A DNA stretch of 64,000 nt from Cirrosporium novae-zelandiae. Lineage: Eukaryota. The stretch is taken from the NCBI GenBank assembly GCA_026023565.1, contig JAPETS010000027.1, forward strand, positions 124,001 to 188,000, in the 5' to 3' direction. The notes below the pieces were generated by a model. It saw nothing but the letters and a program-made list of their open reading frames with translations, was not told where the DNA came from and made no database searches. Positions 1 through 13,053 of the stretch are shown piece by piece (the stretch's first letter is position 1; each line of letters opens with the position of its first letter). The translations under genes and the position numbers were made by a program.

Positions 1-2010
1 AATGCCCAGAATAGAGGAAGGGCTACGGAAAAGAACGATGGATGAGATGGCCTTGGAAATGGGGCAAATATCGAAGCGAGGGCACGTCGAGTGCAGGTGA
101 CTAAGGGCGATCATTGCCAATATTACGAGTTGGATTATTTTGGATAGACTTATTTGATTGCAGAATTACGAGGTGAGCCACTTGGGAAGATGCAACGTCT
201 CACAGTATGGTTCTTGGGGATGTCTTCGGCAACTGTGCTGGCTGCAGGTTCGCCCAGAAGGAAGGCGGTTCGTGTTTTGATTGAGATTGGCTATAACAGG
301 ATTCTCGGCCCGTTTCAGATGGGGTTGTACTTCAATCCGCGGAAATGTCTTGGTCAGAAGAGCGGCGCATGAAAACAACACACATGGGCTCATGGGGGTC
401 TCTCTCTCCAGGATTCAATTACATACATGCATACATGATGCTAACGATCCCCACAATGAATCCAGATGATGGTGCATGCAAGGGTATTCTGTAAGGCCAC
501 ATGGAGGCAATGAATGGTGTAGGGAGGAAGAAGGCCCTCAAGCCCCCACCTTGCTGGACAAGTAGAAACCAAGGAAGAAGAGAAAGTTATGTAAGTAAAT
601 GTCAATAAATGGGACCAACAATAACGAGAGTCGTCTATTTTGTCTATTTTGTCTATTTTGTCTAAATTTGCAATTCAACAGATTTATAAAATGATCGAAT
701 GTGGACGGTGTGTGCCGAGACTTGTCCGGAGTAGGCAAGTAGTTCAAATTACACGGCAGCCACAGAGCCCAGAAGTTTGGAATGGACTCGGGGGGTTTTG
801 AGAGACTTATTTCCCCGCATTCTGGTTGAACCGCAGTCCTGTTGTGCTTCAGTCCCCCCCCCCCTCTCTCCCTCTCTCTCTCCTGTTCTTCATCATCATC
901 ATCACGCCAAGGTGAACCATTCATCTTTTTTAGCCACATGGCATCTTTCTTCCCTCACTTTCTTCCTTCCTCTCCTCCATTGTTCCCTCTCTCTCTCTCT
1001 CTCTCTCTCTTTTCTTGTTTTTTTCTCCTCTTTTTTCCATCATCAATATTCATCATAATCAATTGGAATTGTGTCATTTGGTCGAGATCTTATTATTATT
1101 ACTATTTATTAAAACAAGAATCAAGTGTAACCCCCCTCCCTCTAAAGACTGGGACGCTCTAAAAAAAAAGGTTGAGTTAGAATACTCGATGGATGATGAT
1201 TCATAGGCTATCAAGAGAGAGAGAGAGGGCTTACCCGTCGGACCGCCAAAGGCTAATTGGAAAGTCCGAATGAAACCAAATACGATGATGACACGTCCGG
1301 AAGAGTCGAAAAAGGAAAAAAGGTGGAGCAAATGGAAATGGAAGAAAAGTTTGAATCGCTCATCCGACCTTTGACAAATTTGAAGAAGAAATGAGGGGAT
1401 TGGGGAGGGGGGGAGAAAGAGTAGTAATAGTAGTATTGGTGGTGGTGAGTAGACCGATAGGTAGTCTCATAATAATACATGATCAATGGATAGTCATGGT
1501 AGTCATGGTAGTCATAGTAGTCATAGTGGTCATAGTATTGTCGTAGTCATGGGGAGTCGATGGTGATGAGAATGATGATAGTGCAAAAAGTTGACCGCTC
1601 CCAACGGCAGTTCAGGGTAATTTTGATTACAAATGTTACCGCTTGTTACGTAAACCCTTGGGGAATTTTTCTCTATAGACCTGTCAAGCAGATTCCAGCC
1701 AAAAAAGCTTTTAGAATTTTTGACACTTGGGGGGGAAGGAAGCCAGGGATAACAAAGAAAAGGTCTGCAAGGTATAATTAATGGGGTAATGGTCCATGGA
1801 TGATGCAGGGGGACCGAGGATCATGATATAATTTCCCTTGGTCCCTAGGCACAAGAAGGAAAGTCCAGGAGCATTAGATTTGTTAGTGTCGGAATAAGAT
1901 GTGAGTTGGTGTATTAGTATGGGTCTGCTGAGTATCAATAATGACTAAGAGTAAATTCGGTATTGGACGGGTAAAGGCATCATGTCTGGGTTGTTGTTGT
2001 TGTTATTGTT

Positions 2011-2075
2011 GGTCTATGGTCTATGGTCTATGTGTCCATGGTCCATGGTCTATGGTCTATGGTCTATGGTCTATG
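2011..2075. repeat. (GGTCTAT/GGTCCAT)n heptamer minisatellite
   Basis: About nine tandem, slightly variant 7-mers. Confidence 0.85.
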
Positions 2076-3635
2076 TGTCCGATGTATGTCTCTCTACTTC
2101 TTCCAAAGTAGTTCAAGTCTGACCACCACCAATTGACCTTTTCAACTCATTCTCTCACTTCCCTTCCACTTCATGAAATTTCTATTCTAGGCAAAAGGTA
2201 ATAAACTACTACTTCGAACAGACCCATTGTGTCCATTCAATCCAACATTCAACACACTAGGCAAGAAATGCAAAAAAAACACATCAGAAAATAAGAAAGA
2301 AAAAGAAAAATAGAAAAAAAAAAACATAAAAGAAAAGAAAAAGAAAAATAGAACAGGTCCACAAGTAATGCACCTGACTTGATAATGGATTTTGGTCAGA
2401 TCGCTGGTTGTACTGGTTGTGTGTCCATCAAACGGTCCCTTGAACGATCCATCGTCCACGTTTCCTTTAGGACGATTTCCAAGTAGCCGTCTAAATGTCC
2501 GTCGATACCTTGATGGCCGCACCTGGGACCTTGGAAAACACTTGGAGTCATATATCCTCCTCCATTCATCTCACAACTTTTAATTCTTTTTTCTTCTTCT
2601 TGTCCCATTCATTGGTCTTTTTCAATCACAGCTCTTCTTCCAAGCTCTTTCAAGCTCTTTCAAGCTCTTTCAAGCTCTTCCCAGCAATCAATCAGTCAAT
2701 CCATTGTTTCGCTTATTTGCTGACTACTTACTACCTCCTACCCACAACCTGACACCTTCACAACAACTCCAACCTCAACGGCTAACAACAGCTATTATCT
2801 AATCCTATTGCCCCCCCCCCAGACTCCCCGACTTCGAACATCAGCTGCAACATTCAACTCTGGAAACAAAAAGCCTAGAGCCTGGGTTTTGATCCTTCGT
2901 GAAGAATTGAATTGTTTCAAATCAAATATCATCATCATCATCATCATCATCATTTCTCTTGGCTCGACTCCTCAACAAAAGTGCGATAATCGGAGACTTG
3001 CGTATAGGCTAAGGCTAAGAGAAGGTCTGGGGTCTGCGACCTGCAAAAGCTGCGGACTTCTGTGTGGCCCTTTTTAACCCTGAACCACCTGAACCACCTG
3101 AATCCACCCCAACTACCCGTAGAGGAAAACCTAAACCCCAGATCGTCATTATCGTCATATCATTTAATAATTGGATTCGGATTTTTCTTCCGTCTAATTT
3201 CTAAAATTGTTCTTTAGTCCTGTCGGTCAATACCTTTTATCGTGCCTTTATTGTTCAGAATTACCTTATCGCACTTCACCATACCCACGACCCGCAAGGC
3301 AAAGTTTAAAAAAAAAATAAAGAAGAAAAAAAATAATAAAATAATAACATCACCATTGAATACAATTGAACAATCAAATTGCGCCAGATTACACCATTAC
3401 ATACTTGTCCCAACTACCCTCCCAGGTATGAGCTTGTTCTGCTACATAAAGCATGCTCGACCCGTACTGACCACGTGCCCTAGACAAAGCCTACAACGAA
3501 CTTTCAAAGCTTCTCTCTGCTGGATTTGGCTTGGTTATTATTAACAAGAAAATTCCTTTCATCCACGCTGAGCCACAGAAACTATCATTCGACTGTAGCT
3601 GGCGTCTCTGAATATCAAGTCAACATTCCTCTTGC

Positions 3636-3653
3636 ATGACCTCAACTACCTAG
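3636..3653 (+). promoter_or_regulatory. Short uORF (MTSTT*) in the nmrA leader, downstream of a probable 5'-UTR intron (about 3426-3578)
   Basis: ATG ACC TCA ACT ACC TAG ends 45 nt before the nmrA ATG; upstream CAG|GTATGA...CTGAG..CACAG looks like an intron. Confidence 0.45.
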
Positions 3654-3698
3654 CTCCTTTCCAGAAGCGTATCGACGCAGCTCTAAATCGCCTCACGA

Positions 3699-4731
3699 AT
3701 GCCCTCCAAGACCATTGCCGTGGTCAACGCCAGTGGTCGACAGGCAGCCAGCCTCATCCGTGTGGCATCCGCCGTCGGCTACAAAGTCAGAGCCCAATTA
3801 CATTCGTTGAAGGGCTTGGTTGCCGAAGAGGTAGCCTCCCTTCCGAATGTGATAGTATTTGAAGGCTCACTTGAGGACGACAACATTATTGCGAATGTCT
3901 TCAAAGGTGCCCAGCTGGCCTTTATCAACACAACGTCATGGGGCGATGAAATTGCCATCGGGAAACGATTAGCAGATGCCGCAAAAAAGGCAAGGGTCCA
4001 GCACTATATCTACAGCAGTATGCCTGACCACTCCACCATAAACCTGAATTGGCCTGCCTTGCCACTGTGGAGCGCCAAATATACCGTGGAAAACTATGTG
4101 CGGCAGTTGGAACTTCCAGCGACCTTTGTATATGCTGGTATATACAATAACAATTTTACCAGTCTACCATATCCTCTGTTCTGCATGGAGCTACAAAGGG
4201 ATGGAAGCTTTGTATGGAAAGCCCCTTTCCACCCAAATATACCTCTACCGTGGTTGGATGCGGAACATGATGTTGGAGCGGCTGTCATACAAATCTTCAA
4301 AGATGGTCCCGGAAAGTGGTCTGGCGAACGGTAAGTCCCCAAACTCCCTGCATCACGAGGAACATTCGCATGTATTTGATAGCTTCCGATACTAATTATA
4401 TCCTTGTAGTATTGCTCTCGCATTCGAAATTCTTACTCCGCGTCAAGTTTGTGCCGCCTTTTCACGTGCTCTCTATCGTCCTGTGCGCTACATTCGTGGG
4501 CCCATTGAAATCAAAGTTCCTATCCCGGAAGGCTATCGTGAACAGCTTGATGGAATATCCGTTCTCTTTGGTCCTGGCGTTGATGCCCCATATTTTGGGT
4601 GGGATCTTGAGAAGATGAAATGTCCTCAAGAGGCGTTAGAACTGTGGGAAGGGCCTAGAGGAATGGAGGAATATGCAAGTGAGGCATTTATCATTGAAGA
4701 GGAAGCTAATGGATTAGGTTGGATGCGGTGA
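3699..4731 (+). CDS. nmrA: Nitrogen metabolite repression regulator NmrA (atypical SDR fold); exons 3699-4330, 4410-4731
   Basis: N-terminus KTIAVVNASGRQAASLIRVASAVGY, YIYSSMPDH, YNNNFTSLPYPLFCMEL, LPWLDAEHDVG and C-terminus EEEANGLGWM match fungal NmrA/NMR. The intron GTAAGT...CTAAT...TAG (4331-4409) joins the two ORF-track pieces in frame. Confidence 0.93.
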
Positions 4732-6089
4732 GTTTTTTTCTGGCTCCTATTCTCGCATTGAGCCCATAGGTGGATCGTCCGTCGAAGGGGATCTTGGGGC
4801 ACTACGGGTTTATTTCCTAGTCGTTGTTCATGTCTGATGGAACACGTCAATGGTCAATGTGTGATGATATTCTAACTCTTATCTTTAGGGATGGTGGTGT
4901 TGGAATGTGAACACGTGTCAGAGAACAGCATTGGCAGTCCATCTGGAGTGAGCCACATTATCAAGCAAATTTCCGTCAGGTTTCTGTCGGAACTCTCCCT
5001 GCCTCCTAGGCACAAACCGCATATTCTATTGAAGTTGGCCGTTGTCATCCATGACGGTTTCTTGTTGAGGCTTATTACATCTCACCAATTATCAATTCCC
5101 GAGAGGATCACTACATTAATTACTCTAATGAGTACGAAACGAAATTTACGGCCAAACAAAAGGAGGAAACAGGGGCATAGCATTTATTAGGTGCATTAAT
5201 ATGGGATTCGTCCATGAGCTATGGATGATCAACACAGGCATGGTCGTCAAGGTTGCATCGGTCTAGGAGGAAAGACCAGTACGAAAAGTTTAGAATTGAC
5301 GGGTGTTCGTGACAAAACAATAAAGCATAAGACGGCGCAACATATTCTTGGTCTTTGGAGGCTCATTGTTTACTGAAGAAAAGCACATATGATAACGAAA
5401 CAACAAAAGTCATTGTTTTCTACTGAGGTGCGGTTTACGTGAAGAGGGTTGGATGGGGGGCAAAGCTTTTAAGCAAATAAATATATCATGGGGTATTTCT
5501 ATTCGTTGGCGTCAATATTGATTCTCTGTTGGGTATTGTGTTGTCTCTTATCCTTTCTTTCTCCCCTCTGATTTTGCGATATTACAACTATTCTTGAGAC
5601 CACTCTAGCTAACCACAGATGCATCTTCCGGCTTCGAATCGCAGCAGCTTTATTATAATCGGCACCTATCCATAGTTGGACACGCACTTCATAGGGTACC
5701 GCAGGACACTCTACTCTACCACTTGGTCGATCATTCTGATCATATTTCATTATATCACTTCATTCCACTGTCCATGCATGTTATCAAAAGGCAGCGTCAA
5801 GCCTCGAATTCAACTCTCAAAGTAACCGATGTTAAAATCCACCACAAACACAAGCTAACAATAGCAAAACACAAAAAAAATAGAAATGATAAATTTCTCG
5901 AACCTCGGCGTTACAATTCGTCATATCAACGAAAAAAAACCTGCAAATGTGCGGGTTCTGCTAATTAGCTGCCTGGACCTTGCAATCGGCGCAATAGACA
6001 ATAAACTTGACGAACTAACTACCTACCTAGCTAACCACCTGACTTGAAGAACAATTTCATCAATCCAAGTTATTTTCCTTGTCTCTTTT

Positions 6090-6129
<40 letters not shown>

Positions 6130-7461
6130 ACGTATTAGCTAGCCAAGTACAAGCCTAACTACCTGACTCCAACTACCTAACTACATAGACTAAATATAAA
6201 AAATACTCAACTCCTCCCCCCTCCACCTCCGGCTCTAGCCCCGACTCCCTCCTCTTTAATAAATCACCTAAATTCTACAAGTATCATCAAGAAGCCAAAA
6301 CAAACATACCAACTAACCAACCCCAACTTCAACTTCAACCACGCGCTTACCCTAGCTCCTAAGAACCCTCACCTCACCGACTCACCTACCCACGTGGGAG
6401 GGGTGAAGTACCTATCCGCAAAACCCATAGCTGATAGTCAAGTAGATATATTTTTTAAGAAAGAGTAGAAGTTAGTCAGTCCCTGGACCCAGTCATGGAT
6501 ATGAGTGAGAGGTAAAAAGGAGTAAGGGAATAAAAAGGGGGGGCATAGACGAAAGAAGGAAGATAAGGATATAGACTATAGCATAAACATATATAACGTA
6601 AACCAACGTACATATATGTACATGTCCAGTAAGAGCTAGCTAGCTAGCTAGTCCGCTCACCCTCCAAAAAAAATTTCAAAAAAAATCTAAATCTATCTCC
6701 TATTTCCTATATCTACAACAAACACGCTTTTAATAATTTTAAAAAATATCTATCAGATTAGATCAGATCAATTAATTGCCGAATTTCAAATTAGTTTGGC
6801 AAGCCCTTGATCACTTAGGTATAAGGATAAATATAGAAATATCATTAGGAGTTTCTGTCCCAGAAGCCCCCAGACAGACAAGAAGCCTCCTTCGTCTAGG
6901 GCAAAGGAAATTCAAAAGTGGCTATAGATTACCCTACTGAGGATACTGTGGGTAGGTAGGTAGGTAGGTAGAGCGAGCGAGCGTAACGTGCAAAGTTTAG
7001 AAGTTTAGAAGGGAAGGGAAGATTAATTAGGGAGAGGGAGAGGGAGAGAGAGAGAGAGCTGAAGGTTAGTTGGTTGGTTTATTACTTACTTTAGACTTAC
7101 TTCATGTTGGGACACACCTTTCAATTTTTAATCTCAATTTTCAATCTGAAGCATATAAAATCACAAAATCACAAACGTCTCACCCAAAAGTTCCCCTTCT
7201 AACTTCTCCAAACTAACCACCTAACCATCTAATCAAAACCATGTGACTGGGTCTCGAGGTGGGAGAGGAGAGAAGAGGAGAGGATGGGAGAGGACAGGAT
7301 CAGGATAGGAGCATCGTGTTGCATTGCATTTCATTGTTTTGTATTTCATCGTACTCTATTTTTCTTCATTTCATCGTTCGATCTATCCCTATCCCTATCC
7401 CTATCCCACCCTCACCCTCCACTCCCTGATATCACTCACTCAAACCCCCCCCTAAACCTTC

Positions 7462-8487
7462 CTAAACCTCATCCCCAAACGGGATCCCCCCCTGCGCCCC
7501 CCTAATCCCAACCTTCCTCCCCGCCGCCCTATTAGCCCACCCCACCGCCTCCCCAACCCCCAACCCCTTCACAACCCCCACCGCATACGCACCAACAAAC
7601 GTATCCCCGGCACCCGTGGTATCCACAACTTTCTCCACCTTTTCCGCGCTTAGGAAGTGTGGCTGGCGGGTGGAGACTGCGCGTTGGGAGCTTGAGGTTG
7701 CGGCGCTGGCGTGGACGAGGCCGTGGGAGCCGAGGGTTATGATCGTGTTGCGCACGCCGAGGGAGAGGAAGTGTTCTAGTGGGGGGGTGAGGAGGGTGAG
7801 GAGGGAGTCTGAAGCGGATGTGGATGGGAGGGGGGAGGGTAGGGGCGTGTGCGAGAGGATGCTGGCTTCTGTTTCGTTGAGGATGAGGTGGTCGAGTCCG
7901 TCGTAGATATCTGCTGGTAATGTTCCATCCGGAGGAGCAGGAGCCGGATTCAGCAGGACAGGAATCCCCTTTTCTTTTGCTTCACGGATTAAGGAGATCA
8001 CAACGTCCGTGGGGATTTCGAGCTGGAGGACCAGTAGGTCTGGGAGTGGGGGGGTGAGGGGGATGCTGGTTGTGGTTGGTGTGGGCAGGTAGTTCGCGCC
8101 TGGGTTGAACATGATTCGGTTCTCGCCGGTGGGGCCGTCGACGATTATGTTGGAGATGCCCGTGGGGTGCGTGGTGGATTGGTGGATGTGGGTTGTGATT
8201 AGGGATTCGGAGGTTAGGCCGGCGATCAGGTCTTTGCCGAAGGAGTCGGCACCGACGTTGCCCCACATTTCTACGGTGATGTTGGAGGGGGTGGTAGCTG
8301 TGGTTGTGGCGGCGGGACGCGTGCGTGAGAGACGTGCGCATGCCACGGCTTGGTTGGCGCCTTTTCCTCCCGGGAGGGTCGTGAACGAGGTTGCTGTGAG
8401 GGTTTCGCCTGGGGCCGGATGGTGTGGGACTACGGTGACGAGGTCCATGTTGATGGATCCCATTACTAGGATTCGTTTTGGTGTCAT
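7462..8487 (-). CDS. RBK1: Ribokinase (PfkB family), single exon
   Basis: GSINMDLV, PGGKGANQAVA, LQLEIP, LNPAPA, ILNETEA, ITLG and DTTGAGDTFVGA motifs. Confidence 0.92.
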   Translation of the reverse strand: MTPKRILVMGSINMDLVTVVPHHPAPGETLTATSFTTLPGGKGANQAVACARLSRTRPAATTTATTPSNITVEMWGNVGADSFGKDLIAGLTSESLITTHIHQSTTHPTGISNIIVDGPTGENRIMFNPGANYLPTPTTTSIPLTPPLPDLLVLQLEIPTDVVISLIREAKEKGIPVLLNPAPAPPDGTLPADIYDGLDHLILNETEASILSHTPLPSPLPSTSASDSLLTLLTPPLEHFLSLGVRNTIITLGSHGLVHASAATSSSQRAVSTRQPHFLSAEKVEKVVDTTGAGDTFVGAYAVGVVKGLGVGEAVGWANRAAGRKVGIRGAQGGIPFGDEV

Positions 8488-9514
8488 GGTTGCTGTAGAT
8501 TTGTGAGTGGGTGAGTGAGTTATGCAATGTGAGTGAGGTTGTTTGTTGGTTTGGGTGAAGGGTGGGGTGGTTTATGGTGTTGACAGTATAGTGGTGTGGT
8601 ATGTGATGATGATGGTGACAATGAATATGATCTGTACGTATGAAAATACAATACAATAGAGAAACAGGAAGAGGAGGATCCCTTCACACGAGTCTCAGGT
8701 CTCGATGATATTTCTTCTCAGATAGACAGATAGTTCATTGCTACTTTATCTACCTAGGTACTCTGGATTCATAGCAAAAAGAGGGAACATAAAACCTCCA
8801 TAGACATGAATATAGACACCAACATTTAATGGATAGGATGAAATAGACAAAAAGAGAAGAATAGTTTCAATACGTACCTGATTTCAATAATCTCTTTGAT
8901 AGCAGTGGTGGATTGTTGATATTGCGGGGAAGAGTTCGGGGAGATTTTGTTTGATTTGTTTTGTTTGAGTTGTTTGGTTGTTTTGTTTGAGTTGTTTGGT
9001 TGGTGGGGTTGAGGGGTCGAATCATGTGTCGAGTTGTCGAGACTCGAGAGTGGGGATTCCTCTCTTTCTGCCAAGTATGAAATTGAAATCCTTCACTTTC
9101 TATAATCCTACAACAGGAATAGGAAATTACCAAAACTATAAAAAACTGCAGCCATCGATCAATCCTCTCAACAACAAGTCTTCAAAAAGAAAATTATCTA
9201 GAGAATCCTTTTTCCCCTTATCTTACTTCGCCGTCTTCCCGTCCCATCCCGATGACCCCCCCCCCCTCCCTTTCTTGAACTCTTGTGTAACCTACATCAT
9301 GAAATAGTTGCTGTACAATGACCTTCTGAACCCTCCCCCCTTCCAATACCCCCTAGATCCCGCTATGCCTAGGATATAACACCGTCGCCAAAGAAACTTG
9401 ATGGAATAGAATAGGAAATAATAACACCGAATAGAAATCGGTTTATAAACCATGAACATGACCCCCGTCCCTTGTCCTGCCCCTGCAATCCTGCGCATAG
9501 GTATTAAGGCAGCC

Positions 9515-12500
9515 TCATGACGCCCCTCCCGCAGGTTGTATTTCCTGTCTTGCCTTCCCTGTTGCATCCCCATTGGCCCCGTTCCCCTTGCCCCCTTCTC
9601 CATCATTCACAGCAGTCTGAATCCCGTTTCTCTCTTCGGCATCAAACAATGTTGTCTTCTCGAAATCGCCGTTTCTATTGTCTCTCTTAACTTGTTGCGG
9701 TGGCTCAGCTTCAGGAAGCTTCTTTGCTTTGATAATCTCGAGTAGTCGATCCCCAAGATCGCTGGCGCTGTCAATCTTTCCGAGTTTGGATTTGAGGGAT
9801 TCAGCATCAATTAGTAGCCTATTTCATGGTTTTCATTAGTTCATGTGCTTTGTAAATGAATTGCTATTAAAGAAATATGAAATTGAACATACCTCTTTCT
9901 TCCGCTTTCAGATCTGACAACCACATCTTCAAACGCCTTGCTCCATTGCGTCCGATAGGTATCTAGAACGGGCCCCATGATCATTTGAACCGTCATCTCC
10001 GGTAGATGTTTATTCAAGACCTTTTGGAGCGTTGCCGTCTCCTTTGTCAGGATTTCCATGTATGTATTTGCTGGTCCATTTGCAGGCAAGGTGTCCCAGC
10101 TAATCTTCTGCATCTCTCGGATGTGGGTTGCGGAGCGATTGCTCATAATGTCCACAAGCTTCTCGTGAATAGCAGTCTGGTGATCTTGGAAGAGACGTTT
10201 GAGCTTATCAAATTCGGCAACCAACCCACCAGCAATGGTGGCGCGGCGGCGAACAAATTCACGGATATAGGGAATGAGAGCAACAATGAAACTAAGTGCT
10301 TGTGACGCCAATGCCAGATGCTTGGTTGTGATGTTTTTCAAGCCAGCACTTCTCGTAGCACCGGCCCCGAGGATAAGCTGGGAGGAGCGAGAATTGAAGA
10401 GTTTGAGGTATTCAATAAGGCTATAAGTTATTTCGGAGACCATGCTAGGGATTCCCGTCATAAGTTGAAGGAATTCCTCGACGCTACGAAGATTAACAAT
10501 GGCAGAATTCGTAAGAAGGTATCTCTGTTCGTCCACGACAGCACTGCGCACTTTGGCACCAGTTGTAGAGGCATTATTGGTGGCCATGCCGTTCGTCTGG
10601 GAAGAATTGGCTGGGGCTGTTTCCCAAATTTTGGTATGCAGCGTCCAGATCTCGGGATCTCGGGTACTGCTCTCTAAAATTCGAGACAGAATTTCGTTTT
10701 CTGTAACACCAAAGTCTTTTGCATCCCAACGATCGATATCCATACTCTCAATTAGACAGCGGCGCTGAAAGTCGCCGAAGGAATTGACATAGTCCTTGAT
10801 TTGCGAGTTTACAACGGTTGTCAGGCCCAAAGCTGCGCGACCCGAAACAGCTTCACATTCATCTGCAAATAGTCGATTGATTGTAAAGTACTTTAGAAAA
10901 TCGATAGGCGGTAGACGAGAAACCTGCTCTGATCGGACCTTGAGAACTTTAGAAATTTGTGTTTGGGCAACATCAACTGCTTGGCCAAGTAAATTAGACA
11001 TGTCCAGGGCTTGCTGAATATCTTCTTGGATCTGCGCGTTGGGCTGGTTAATTGCACCTGAAGGATCCGACTGCCCCTTGGCAGTACTTCCATCTTTGGT
11101 GGGCGATTTGGTGGGCGATTTACTGGGAGGGTTGACAATAGCGCTCGTGAGATCCAAAAGGACTTTTACTTGAACACTTAGACGCCGTAATGCCTCACTC
11201 ACGCTTGTATAAATCTTAAAAAGCATCTCCTCGGCATCTTCTGGATCAAGGGAACGCAGATTCCTTGCCAGTATGGATGACTTTTCCTGTTGACTCATGT
11301 GACGGCCGCCGTGTGTCGAAGCAGACATGACAGACTCGCCATCATCATCGTTGGAGCTCGGCAGGTGTCGCCTAATCAAAGACTTCATTTCTCTTGCTAT
11401 TGAATCCTGAAAGGCAGAAAGAGCAGACGCAAGGTGACCCGACCGAGAAAGAGAATTTAGTTCGGAACGAAGTGTAGTTCTTAGTTCATCGTTGAAATTG
11501 AGATAGGCTGGAGTAGAATTGGTCCGGTTATGAGCACCACGAAACCTTTGAGATGCAGAACCCCATCTTTTCAGAGTAACCTGGGGTGCGACATTTCCAA
11601 CATGACCTCGGACGTCTCGTAATAAAGATTCCAAGAATCTCGTTTCAAAGGCCTTGCCTATTCGGCGCCTCAGGATGTGTAAATCATCTGCGGCTCCCTC
11701 AAGCGCCTTAATATTTCTGAGATCGATAAGCCGGCCTCGGTCTAGGGGTTTGCAATTTTCAAGAGTCGGCAGCCTCCCGACCTGATCTCCTGCCATAAGA
11801 TTCTCGACTTCATAAAGACTATCCATAGCAGTTTCAACTTCTCCCGCATCTACTTGATCCTCACATTGTGAGACAGCTGCTACAACCTGTTGGAGCTGTT
11901 GGACAGCCGCATTCAATCTTCGAACATTGTCTCGTCTCCGTCGCATATTAACTACCTTTAGTCCCCCAGAAGCCATATCTCTGTCTAATTTAGCAAGATC
12001 CTTCCTTAGTGTCTGTATGCGAGTTACTGAAGTTGCAGCCTCTGAATGCAACTCTCGAAGCGATCCTAGGGCCGTGAAAAATGATGCCGAGGCAGTTGAA
12101 ATGGAAGATATTAAGTGTATTTCCACGGTATCCATATACCAGGATAATTTTTCTTGCAATATGGCATTTGTAGCTAAAGCCTTCCTTCCGCTTGGAACCG
12201 ATGGAACCGCAGCCCCATTGATGTGCTTGCCATCATGTTTTGTAGATTTCCGTATAACCTCTGATCGCTCACTCACAATATCAAATGTTCGGGGGTTCTC
12301 GAGATGAAAGTCTTCTTCAAAGTAAACGTTTGGTATCGTGGATAACGGCGTTACTTGGTGTATTCGTCTTTGCCCGCTGGATCGTCGATTAAGGGTTGAG
12401 GTCTCCGATGCCGAACCCACCGAAGTCAATCCCGGTCGGATGGAAGAAATGGATGCCGTAGATAGCCTTCGATGGTCCAAGGACTTTGCAATAATTCCTT

Positions 12501-13053
12501 CTAGTTCATCCGTCTTGGAATGATCCTTACGCCTAAAAAGCTGGCTCCCATCTTCTGCTCCATCTTTTGCTCTTCTGAATGCTTCATATAGAGATCCGAC
12601 TTGCTTAAGGTATGGTTGGAACGAGGTAAGCTCAACATGTGGAATGTTCACTAGGGCTACCGGAGGAATATCTTTTGTTGAGGGTGCTTTGTAGGCGCTC
12701 GAGGCTGGTAGAGAGGTATGGGGCAAGAGGCCTGTTCGAACGATAGGAGGTTGTAGGAGGCTTGATATAGCTGCAGAAAAATGAGAATTCAAGTATAACT
12801 TTGGCTAGGAAGGTTGTGATATACCATTCTGTCCAGCCTCCGCTATCGATTCACCCCGACTCTGCGACGCCGTATCCAAGACTCCTCCGACTGAAGTGAT
12901 GGAGCTTGCAGTTGACCCCCTTCGAGGCCGATATCTTGATCCATATCTCTGAAAAGTATCGTGAGGCGGGAGAGGGTGCTGGAGGTCTGGGCTTGAGGGG
13001 TTCGGAGGGAGAGATGTGGAACTCTCAAAGGATAGTCGAGGTGTTGAAGACAT
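9515..13053 (-). CDS. VPS54: GARP complex subunit Vps54; exons 13053-12825, 12770-9893, 9818-9515
   Basis: LQEKLSWYMDTVEIHLI and LKLFNSRSSQLILGAGATRSAGLKNITTKHLALASQAL are Vps54 signatures. GT-AG introns at 12824-12771 and 9892-9819 keep the frame to a TGA at 9515-9517. Confidence 0.93.

Noticed and set aside
7616..8656. Long overlapping alternative-frame and antisense ORFs over ribokinase, VPS54, the TF, AA11 and acetoacetyl-CoA synthetase
   Set aside because: Shadow ORFs produced by the codon bias of the real genes.
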